64,000 nucleotides of DNA from Ylistrum balloti (Eukaryota): the NCBI RefSeq assembly GCF_031769215.1, contig NW_026781965.1, positions 124,001 to 188,000 of the forward strand, given 5' to 3'. The notes under the pieces are model-generated. The model was given only the letters and a program-made list of their open reading frames with translations. It did no database searches and was not told where the DNA came from. Numbering within the stretch: the stretch's first letter is position 1; each line of letters begins with the position of its first letter. The position numbers and the translations under genes are program-made. Below, in pieces: positions 53,560-64,000 of this stretch.

Positions 53560-56500
53560 TAAGGGATACCTTGTCTAGACAGGGTTCTGTTTACTGAGGG
53601 TTCTTGGTAGTAGAGGTTGTGTCTAGAGAGGGGTCTGTTTACTGAGAGTTCTTGGTAGTAGAGGTTGTGTCTAGAGAGGGGTCTGTTTACTGAGAGTTCT
53701 ATGTAGTAGAGGTTGTGTCTAGAGAGGGGTATGTTTACTGAGAGTTCTAGGTAGTAGAGGTTGTGTCTAGAGAGGGGTGTGTTTACTGAGAGTTCTTGGT
53801 AGTAGAGGTTGTGTCTAGAGAGGGGTCTGTTTACTGAGAGTTCTATGTAGTAGAGGTTGTGTCTAGAGAGGGGTCTGTTTACTGAGAGTTCTATGTAGTA
53901 GAGGTTGTGTCTAGACAGGGGTATGTTTACTGAGGGTTCTTGGTAGTAGAGGTTGTGTCTAGAGAGGGGTCTGTTTACTGAGAGTTCTATGTAGTAGAGG
54001 TTGTGTCTAGAGAGGGGTATGTTTACTGAGAGTTCTAGGTAGTAGAGGTTGTGTCTAGAGAGGGGTCTGTTTACTGAGAGTTCTTGGTAGTAGAGGTTGT
54101 GTCTAGAGAGGGGTCTGTTTACTGAGGGTTCTATGTAGTAGAGGTTGTGTCTAGAGAGGGGTCTGTTTACTGAGAGTTCTTGGTAGTAGAGGTTGTGTCT
54201 AGAGAGGGGTCTGTTTACTGAGAGTTCTTGGTAGTAGAGGTTGTGTCTAGAGAGGGGTATGTTTACTGAGGGTTCTAGGTAGTAGAGGTTGTGTCTAGAG
54301 AGGGGTCTGTTTACTGAGAGTTCTAGGTAGTAGAGGTTGTGTCTAGAGAGGGGTCTGTTTACTGAGAGTTCTTGGTAGTAGAGGTTGTGTCTAGAGAGGG
54401 GTATGTTTACTGAGAGTTCTATGTAGTAGAGGTTGTGTCTAGAGAGGGGTCTGTTTCTGTTTACTGAGAGTTCTAGGTTCTAGGTAGTAGAGGTTGTGTC
54501 TAGAGAGGGGTATGTTTACTGAGAGTTCTTGGTAGTAGAGGTTGTGTCTAGAGAGGGGTCTGTTTACTGAGAGTTCTATGTAGTAGAGGTTGTGTCTAGA
54601 GAGGGGTCTGTTTACTGAGAGTTCTATGTAGTAGAGGTTGTGTCTAGACAGGGGTATGTTTACTGAGGGTTCTTGGTAGTAGAGGTTGTGTCTAGAGAGG
54701 GGTCTGTTTACTGAGAGTTCTATGTAGTAGAGGTTGTGTCTAGAGAGGGGTATGTTTACTGAGAGTTCTAGGTAGTAGAGGTTGTGTCTAGAGAGGGGTC
54801 TGTATACTGAGAGTTCTTGGTAGTAGAGGTTGTGTCTAGAGAGGGGTCTGTTTACTGAGGGTTCTATGTAGTAGAGGTTGTGTCTAGAGAGGGGTCTGTT
54901 TACTGAGAGTTCTTGGTAGTAGAGGTTGTGTCTAGAGAGGGGTCTGTTTACTGAGAGTTCTTGGTAGTAGAGGTTGTGTCTAGAGAGGGGTATGTTTACT
55001 GAGGGTTCTAGGTAGTAGAGGTTGTGTCTAGAGAGGGGTCTGTTTACTGAGAGTTCTTGGTAGTAGAGGTTGTGTCTAGAGAGGGGTCTGTTTACTGAGA
55101 GTTCTAGGTAGTAGAGGTTGTGTCTAGAGAGGGGTCTGTTTACTGAGAGTTCTTGGTAGTAGAGGTTGTGTCTAGAGAGGGGTATGTTTACTGAGAGTTC
55201 TATGTAGTAGAGGTTGTGTCTAGAGAGGGGTCTGTTTACTGAGAGTTCTATGTAGTAGAGGTTGTGTCTAGAGAGGGGTCTGTTTACTGAGAGTTCTATG
55301 TAGTAGAGGTTGTGTCTAGAGAGGGGTCTGTTTACTGAGGGTTCTTGGTAGTAGAGGTTGTGTCTAGAGAGGGGTCTGTTTACTGAGGGTTCTAGGTAGT
55401 AGAGGTTGTGTCTAGAGAGGGGTATGTTTACTGAGAGTTCTTGGTAGTAGAGGTTGTGTCTAGAGAGGGGTCTGTTTACTGAGAGTTCTATGTAGTAGAG
55501 GTTGCGTATAGAGAGGGGTATGTTTACTGAGAGTTCTAGGTAGTAGAGGTTGTGTCTAGAGAGGGGTCTGTTTACTGAGAGTTCTATGTAGTAGAGGTTG
55601 TGTCTAGAGAGGGGTATGTTTACTGAGAGTTCTAGGTAGTAGAGGTTGTGTCTAGAGAGGGGTCTGTTTACTGAGAGTTCTATGTAGTAGAGGTTGTGTC
55701 TAGAGAGGGGTCTGTTTACTGAGAGTTCTTGGTAGTAGAGGTTGTGTCTAGAGAGGGGTCTGTTTACTGAGAGTTCTATGTAGTAGAGGTTATGTCTAGA
55801 GAGGGGTCTGTTTACTGAGAGTTCTAGGTAGTAGAGGTTGTGTCTAGAGAGGGGTATGTTTACTGAGAGTTCTATGTAGTAGAGGTTGTGTCTAGAGAGG
55901 GGTATGTTTACTGAGGGTTCTTGGTAGTAGAGGTTGTGTCTAGAGAGGGGTATGTTTACTGAGAGTTCTTGGTAGTAGAGGTTGTGTCTAGAGAGGGGTA
56001 TGTTTACTGAGAGTTCTATGTAGTAGAGGTTGTGTCTAGAGAGGGGTATGTTTACTGAGAGTTCTAGGTAGTAGAGGTTATGTCTAGAGAGGGGTCTGTT
56101 TACTGAGAGTTCTAGGTAGTAGAGGTTGTGTCTAGAGAGGGGTATGTTTACTGAGAGTTCTAGGTAGTAGAGGTTGTGTCTAGAGAGGGGTATGTTTACT
56201 GAGAGTTCTAGGTAGTAGAGGTTATGTCTAGAGAGGGGTCTGTTTACGGAGGGTTCTATGTAGTAGAGGTTATGTCTAGACAGGGTTCTGTTTACTGAGT
56301 GTTGTGGGACGTGGAAGTCTGATCTAGAGATGGTACTGTTAATTGAGGGTTATAGGTAGAGGGGCATTGTTCAGAAAGGGTTCAGTTTACAGAGGGTTCT
56401 AAATAGTGGAACCCTTGTCTAGAGAGGGGTGTGTTTGTTACAAGTTCGGGGAAGTGGAGGCTTTGTCTAAATAGAGTTAAGCTTATTTAGGGTTCTATGG

Positions 56501-56950
56501 ATGATTCAGTTTACCGAGGGTTGTGGGTAGTGGAGGCCTTGATTAGAAAGGGTTCTGTTTACTGAGGGTTATGGGTAGTGGAGGCCTTGATTAGAAAGGG
56601 TTCTGTTTACTGAGGGTTATGGGTAGTGGAGGCCTTGATTAGAAAGGGTTCTGTTTACTGAGGGTTATGGGTAGTGGAGGCCTTGATTAGAAAGGGTTCT
56701 GTTTTACCGAGGGTTCTAGGTAGTGGAGGCCTTGTTTAGAAATGGGGTTTGTTTACCGTAGGTTGTGGGTAGTGGTGGTCTTGTTTAGAAAGGGGTCTGT
56801 TTAATGAGTGTTCTAGGTAGTGAAGGCCTTGTTTAGAAAGGGGTCTGTTTATTGTGCATCCTCTAGTGTGGAGGCTTTGTCTAGACGGTGTTCTGATTAC
56901 TGAGTGGTTTCGGGTAGTGGAGGCCTTGTTGAAAGATTGTTATGTTTTCT
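53560..56950. repeat. 48-bp minisatellite (GTAGTAGAGGTTGTGTCTAGAGAGGGGTCTGTTTACTGAGAGTTCTTG), divergent after ~56330
   Basis: Directly visible; three variable positions per unit. Confidence 0.97.
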
Positions 56951-57622
56951 GTAAATTTTGGCCAGTAGGGTTTGAACTGTTAGGAAGATTAATCAACAAA
57001 AAATGTTCGTCTAACCTCTACAGGATGTTTTCTGCTATGATTTGTGGATTTTAACCGGGTCCGAAACACACCACAAATCTAGGAGCTAGCCCCTAAAGCG
57101 TCCCAATAACCTAAGCTGTTCTGGACAGCGCTTTCTCACTAACCCGAGCATCTGTTCCTAATTCAATAATCAACATGCATTAGTTTACGGATCAATGGTC
57201 GAAAACGATTGTCAAACTCTCCTTTTTAAAAAAAAAAAAAAATAAATAAATTCCAGTTAAAAATTGCCAAAGAACAAGTGTATTTGTCAGTGAACGGTTT
57301 GAATCATATGAATCATAGTGCATGTCATATTGTCCCAGCTATCGGTTACGAGTGTTCTGATACGGGGCCGTTTTATTACCTCTCCTATATTACAAATTTA
57401 AAGTGGGTAAGGCTAGCATTATACTACCGTTCCTTGTGTCTGTGCGTGTTTCAAATTTCTGTTTGCGTCATAGGACGGTATCAAAGTATAATCTTGTATT
57501 CGAAAATGTGTTCATGTAATCTTAGGCCGCCAATATAAATATCTCTCACGGTTCATCTTGATATCTTCTACGGACGTATTAACCTCCACCCTAAACCTGA
57601 TTTCTAAAATATCCATATCCAG

Positions 57623-57738
57623 CAACTTCCGTCCTTACATCAACTTCCGGTAGTCCACCAACTTCCGTTCGTCACCACTACTGTACCATGCAGCGAAAAC
57701 TATAATACGAAGGGGAATGGGATGGGGTGGGGCGAGGG
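57623..57738. promoter_or_regulatory. Three ETS-type motifs (CAACTTCCG) plus a G-quadruplex motif; putative promoter or enhancer
   Basis: CAACTTCCG at 57623, 57641 and 57659; GGGGAATGGGATGGGGTGGGGCGAGGG at 57712-57738. Confidence 0.45.
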
Positions 57739-58394
57739 AATTTAGCATTCATCTTATATTGTCCCAATTTAAAACATACTTATGTTCGTACACTATCTCA
57801 TCTTATATTTTATTTCGTTGTCTCGTTCTGATAATTTTGAAGCCATGATTCTGGATCTGGGCGCCGAAGTGCTGCTAACCATGCGCCGGTAATGCCTAGT
57901 TTATCTCTCCTGGGACACAGTTCACGCGGTAACATACTGACACGGAAACCAGATATTTCAAAGGAAGATTTAAAACATGAAGAACGAAACATAATCGCGT
58001 AAAATAAAATGCAATATTTCAACTTCTCGGCTAAATATACGCTGGAATGATAATCCGTGGGTAAGAAGTAAGAGGTACGGTGTAGACGCAATGATGCTTG
58101 AATTCAACATATTAGTGTTATGTTGGGTATTTCAAATGCACTGATTTTCGTGCTTGTCACTTAACGATGTGCCTTTACGGTACTTAGAAATCTTTGGAGA
58201 TAGTTAATGATAAGGTGTAGTGTGTTGTAGTTCTATGGCCAATATCTGTTGTACTACACGATACATCTATACCGGGTAAATAGCCATTCATCAGGAGGAT
58301 AAAACATAAAAATGATACAACCTTACACGATAAGAATGTTACTTTATAGGGTGAAATCTATCAGATAGAGTCTAACTCGATAATGATACAACCT

Positions 58395-59300
58395 TATGAT
58401 ACAAACTTACACGATGATAACACAACTTAACACAGTGAAAATACAATTTTATACAGTGGTAATACAACTAAACACAGTGACAATACAACCACACACAGTG
58501 ACAATACAACTAAACACAGTGGTAGTACAACTAAACACAGTGGTGATACAACTAAACACAGTGATAGTTCAACTAAACACAGTGGTAGTACAACTAAACA
58601 CATTGCAGTGGTAATACAACTAAACACAGTGGTAACACAACTACACACAGTGACAATACAACTACACACAGTGACAATACAACTACACACAGTGGTAGTA
58701 CAACTAAACATAGTGACAATACAACTTAACACATTGACAATACAACTAAACACAGTGGTAGTACAACTAAACACAGTGACAATACAACTAAACATAGTGA
58801 TAATACAACTTAACACATTGACAATACAACTTAACACAGTGACAATACAACTTAACACAGTGGTAGTACAACTACACACAGTGACAATACAACTTAACAC
58901 AGTGGTAGTACAACTAAACACAGTGACAATACAATTACACACTGTGGTAATACAACTAAACACAGTGACAATAAAATTACACACTGTGGTAATACAACTA
59001 AACATAGTGACAATACAACTTAACACATTGACAATATAACTAAACACAGTGACAATACAACTACACACAGTGACAATACAACTAAACATAGTGACAATAC
59101 AACTAAACACAGTGACAATACAACTTAAACACAGTGACAATACAACTAAACACTGTGGTAATACAACTAAACACAGTGACAATACAACTACACACAGTGA
59201 TTATACAACTTTGCACAGCGATAACTTACTTTTATACGATGATATTACAACTTAACACGATGTAAATACAACTTTATACAGTGATGATATTACTTTACAC
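58395..59300. repeat. 21-bp minisatellite (ACACAGTGACAATACAACTAA)
   Basis: 7-aa periodic ORFs. Confidence 0.95.
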
Positions 59301-60864
59301 AATGAACTTTGAACTTTACGAAGTTTTATTCGAACTTAAGGCAGTGTAATATGACTTGAGTCAGTGATAATAAAAATTTACACTGTGTTAATATAACTTT
59401 CCTCGGTGATAATAAAACTTTACACAGTGATAATACAATTTTACACAGTGAATATCAAACATCTCACAATGTCACTGTACATGGTCACGAAACTGAAAAG
59501 GCGTAAGCCTCCAAAAATTAGTGTTAAAATCCGTCTTTTCGTTGTTGTTTCTCCAAAAGTTATGTTTCGGTTAATGATATACGTTTTCAACAGCACGTGC
59601 TATTTTCTGCTGAGATCAACCTGTAAAAGTGTGACCAATTACAACTCGGATGTTATTCAAATTGTTAAATTTTCACGTTATTTTAATAGAGGATCTTAAA
59701 TGAGCTTCCATTCATATGTCATAAATGAAATGAGATTTTTTTTTGTGATAAATTCCATAAACCTCATATAAAATGGAGAAAGATGTAGCATTCCCTTTAC
59801 TTAACAAACAACAATGAAAATAGCATCATAATTGACTCACGCCAAATCCAAATTGGCGCTATCGTCATTCTAGATCTCTTTCTATAGTGATGTCACAAAA
59901 GTAATCAAGCAACCTTCCACCAATCTTTGTTGCGAGGTCATATTACACGTGTGTCATAGCAGAAGAGAATGTCATGGTAAAATGACTGTGGTAACACGAT
60001 AGTTATGTGAGAAAATTTATGCAAAATGTACAGTGGTTTCAAACTATTCACAAACTTCGATTTTTTTTCTATTTCGATGATAAAAATTGTCAAAAGTTGT
60101 GGTGATAACCGCACAGATTTTCTCTCGAATAATACACTGACTCGCCATTGTTTTCAATATGTGGTCAAAATCCATGCTAAGTATGGATTTATGCTGACTT
60201 TTTTATGGATCTAGACCTTGTTTCCCATGGGTCAGTTTGAGGTAAGAAACAAACCGCCATTTTGGGGTCTGACTTCTTGTCCTGATATCACGTGATCATG
60301 AAGAAGGAGATTGATCAAACATGATAGGACATTTCGTGATTTGTCAATTCTATTCCCATAGTTTTAGTGCATGTATTGCTCATCCCCGCCAGAGTACAAC
60401 ATGCGATCACTCATCTTCACGTGCTTTATCAATAAAGTCACAATCACGGGCAAGGCACGCACGCACTTTCCAGTCATTCCCAGCGTCCATCCCTGAGGTG
60501 CGGTCACTGACGTCTGGGTATATAGTCAACACCTAGAGGTGTTGCACTCATGTCATTGTTTTGTACCTAAAATTTTAGTACAGTATGTTATAATTAAATT
60601 CCTATACCGGTCTCTGAGTTAGTTACAGTACTGACGGTATGTAATGTGTCAAATGAACCAGACCTAGCCTTATGTACAAGTAAAGCTTGTGACGTTAACT
60701 ACAACCTAAAGTCACTATTAAGCTGTGCAAGTTAGTAGTGCACAGTCCGAACCACAAAACAGTCGCTAACTACAGGACACTAAATAAGTACACACCAGTA
60801 CCAAGTTAGCACCGCTATCTAAAAGTTACAAAGTTAATACACAGTCAGAACCAAAGTAAACATT

Positions 60865-61113
60865 TTTATTTTTTAGATTTATTTTAGATTAAAGTTTATT
60901 TGTTTTACAATTATTGCGCAACAATTTTTGTACAACTCTTGTTGACCCGGGTGGAAACGCTCGAGGTATCTTACTCTTGGAGGAAACTGGAGTACCCGGG
61001 AAAGGCCACGTGATCGGCAGGTGACTCCATTCCTTTTCATGTCCGTTCTGGATATCGTACCCTGGAGCGGCCTTGATGAAAGACAAGTACGTTATCATTG
61101 CACCACCCGGCTG
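60865..61113 (-). mobile_element. V-SINE-like tRNA-derived SINE
   Basis: Minus strand: tRNA-like head (GCCGGGTGGTGCAATGATAACG...GGGTACGATATCC), V-domain-like CCCGGGTACTCCAGTTTCCTCC at ~60979-61000, A-rich tail. Confidence 0.7.
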
Positions 61114-61899
61114 AACAGGTATCATGTTATCGCCACAAGCTACAAGGCAAAAGCTACGGATAGAAGATATTAACATAGTTCAAAGCTACTTGTTTATGGT
61201 ACGTTATAGTTATTTCCGAAACAATTTAGCATAAACGGCAGAGTATTAATGTTCTCTATATAGGCCTCATCATGATTTCTGAAAAATCTTACAGGTAACA
61301 AATGTGACTATTACACAAGGGGTAATTACTAAAATATACAGTTTTCGATGCTGCCTGTATTCTATGTAAAATACTTAAACTGACTAGTATCTGTGCGGCA
61401 CTACGACTTCTGTCTGTGTGCTTCTGATGTGGTAATGCAGGACAACCCTCAGATAACGCGGGAGATTTATGTAGATCCCGTCAAAAACCTCTGAAATATC
61501 TGTCTTATTTCATTTAAGGTTTTCAGGGCAGGCGCATCCTGCGTTCATCGCAGACCACATTCCATGTAAATTATGGCGAAAGAAACACGGGAAGCGTATA
61601 TTGCGCAACCATTATGAATGAAACGTTATACCCCATAGATAATACTATCACAATTGTATAAATAAGTCAGCGGACGTTCAGACGGACTCCCAGTCGTACC
61701 TAGACACGGGGCTTTCGGTACTGAAGCACAGTACTTACGAAACAATCTAAAAGACATGTATCTCACTGATTAAAACTACCACGGAAATTTTGACAACAAT
61801 AAGAAATATTTTATGAAGTTCGACTAAACAACGAAGAAGTGGTCCGAATTAAAACTATATCTGACATCTGGAGCCATGCCAGAAACATTAACGCAGTTT

Positions 61900-62220
61900 C
61901 CGTGATTGTGTGTGCATCCAGATTGAGCCCGAACACTATACGGGAACTTGGTCACGCGAGCTATCTCTTTGTTACGTAAACAATGTCACCACAGATGTGC
62001 AGGCATGCGTTCAGCCCGTCTGATTGGTTCTGTCGCTGGTGACCCCTGTCCCCGGGCCTGCATCCGGGGGTGTCGGGTGACTGCGTGACAGGTCGATTCA
62101 GGAACGACGATGAAATGGTAACTCAATCAGAGGCGTCCCGTCCGTAATGGGTCGGTGCGACACCAGAGGAATGACAATGCAGGTCATTATTTAACACGGG
62201 AGCGCAGTGACATAATGGTG
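61900..62220. promoter_or_regulatory. CpG/GC-rich patch with CCAAT box; candidate promoter
   Basis: Locally high CG content and TGATTGG at 62021-62027. Confidence 0.3.
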
Positions 62221-63001
62221 GCAATGAGCTGTGCATGAGATCTGTCTACCAATAAAAGGGTTGCGTAGTAGAACGTTGGAGGTAAAGTCAATTAAAAACA
62301 AAACAAATCCCAACAAGAGATGGAGTGCGAGAGATGTATAATACATACCTACAGTAAGTAGACTAGCCGGGCTACCAGCCCCTAAATGTTTGTAAAGAAA
62401 CATCCTGAATTACCACATTTCCTTATCCCACTCTCTCCCGTTTTCATTTTGAAAATAACGCCCAAAATAAAACATATCCAAGAGATCAAAATTATAAAAA
62501 TCACTTTAAATCTACCCGGACCTTCTCCTCACGTCCTGTACATCCACTTCATACTTCACCTATTTTAATAGCTTTCCTTTGGTTCGTTGAACAAATTCTG
62601 CACCTTGAGGGGCACGAGACTTTGATCCGTAGGTCGAAATATCAAAGATTCGTCATAAACAGCTAGTTTCTATTTTCCGACAACGCATTCATTTACGGAC
62701 CCTGGCAAATATGGTATCCAATCAGGTAATTCAATGACCTGACCAATGTAAAAAGTTAAAGTCGACAGTGTTATCTAAAAAATAGAGATAAGCAACATCT
62801 AATCAAACAAGTTCAGGACTTAGCTGATGAACGGAGCCGATATTTATTTCAAGTCTTGACGGTTCCTAAAAACAAAAATTAAAATATGCTTATGTATTCA
62901 ACACTTTTACTTTGAACTATACATAAACCTGTAATTTCATTAAACTAGATTTATACTTCGTCCATCATTCCAATGTTTCAGAACTATTTACGGTTTGTTT
63001 C

Positions 63002-63078
63002 AAGGGAAACAACTCTTATATACGTTCATAAAAAGTACAAAAGTAAACACGCTCTGATCTCTCAGAGTTACTTCCCTT
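63002..63078. repeat. 15-bp imperfect inverted repeat (AAGGGAAACAACTCT ... AGAGTTACTTCCCTT)
   Basis: 13/15 complementary. Related motifs occur near 39574, 53431 and 63940, suggesting a dispersed repeat family. Confidence 0.55.
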
Positions 63079-64000
63079 CGTTTCACTACTACGACATCGA
63101 CCTTATCAACAAATAAACTATGCATCCCAATATTTTAATTATTTTTATTAAGAATATTCTGTACAATTTGTATAAAACACCTGATATAAAATGATGATAT
63201 TGAAAATGTTGATTTATTACTTCTGATTTGGATTATGTACAAAATGAATATAGACATTGTTATTGTATCTTATTTGTATTTAACTTACAGAAGAGTCACG
63301 TATTTCCACATTGTCAAACTATGGTATTCCATAAGTGAGATAAGAAATTCTCATTCAGGAATAATGTGTTTATCTTAACAATTCCTCTGCTTTTAATTAA
63401 TGAAGTTTTGTGATGATATGATCAAAAAGTTGAAATGATTTAAAACCAACATCTTCTGATAAAACTATAGCACTAAATCATGGTTATGAACCACGCCATC
63501 AATACAAGGTATTGGGTTTTTGTTTCTTAATTGATAAATTTTTGCTCAATATTGCAATAACTGTGGTCTCAACAGAGCACCCTGATCCAGTCTATGTTTG
63601 TGTTAGGTTTTTCCTTGGAAAGTAAAGATTGTGTGTCCTATATACATCCACACTTCTATACATGGCACAAAAATGATATCCACATAATTAAATAGAATTA
63701 TTCTAGAACTTCTCTTATGTACAAGACATATACTTACAACATCCTTAAGAGTATAGCTTATATATTTATATACAGATTCCCATAAGATGACACATTAAGT
63801 AAATACAAGAAGACGAAAGGAATGGATTTACTTATTTGATTAATCAACCACTTAATATGAAATGAGGAAATGAATTAGACGTTGTAATTTACATATATAC
63901 ATCTATACAGCTATTACAGAATGAGCATGATACATGAATTATCTCCCTTGATATGTCCTTGGAAGTTTAATGAATTTTAAACAATCTTTGATGACAATTA

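Noticed and set aside
57810-58091. 93-aa ORF near the ETS cluster
   Set aside because: No recognisable motif and no convincing exon structure.
60889-61176. 95-aa ORF
   Set aside because: It is read-through of the V-SINE-like element.

Overview
This is AT-rich animal genomic DNA. The repeat families suggest a bivalve mollusc (inference). The window holds the 5' part of one protein-coding gene on the minus strand, a type II transmembrane collagen that best fits the MACIT family (vertebrate COL13/23/25, C. elegans col-99). I assembled five phase-compatible coding exons by eye: 51157-51402, 50582-50651, 7792-7826, 6638-6664 and 86-112. They encode a basic cytoplasmic tail, a TM helix, a coiled coil, a furin-type RVAR site, a CPC motif and then uninterrupted Gly-X-Y (GQKGEKGDTGLR-GEKGYTGFP-GYPGVKGIK). 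The gene runs off the left edge, and intron 2 is about 42.7 kb. About half the window is roughly 25 mostly unrelated minisatellite arrays (units 18-93 bp), and nearly all long ORFs in the track are artefacts of them. The most notable observation is that two arrays are built from exon-intron junctions of the collagen gene. An ~85-bp array repeats a full branchpoint / AG / 25-nt exon / GTAAGA cassette five times behind exon 2. Any of these could replace exon 2 in frame and remove the furin site. A 93-bp array repeats the exon-4 acceptor four times. Both splicing outcomes are hypotheses without RNA data. Also present are SINE and pearl/HINE-like remnants, a CTCF-like motif, an ETS-motif triplet next to a G-quadruplex motif, and a CpG-poor gene body versus a CpG-richer 5' flank. 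There is no CRISPR array, rRNA or intact tRNA. Repeat boundaries are approximate and copy numbers are length divided by unit.
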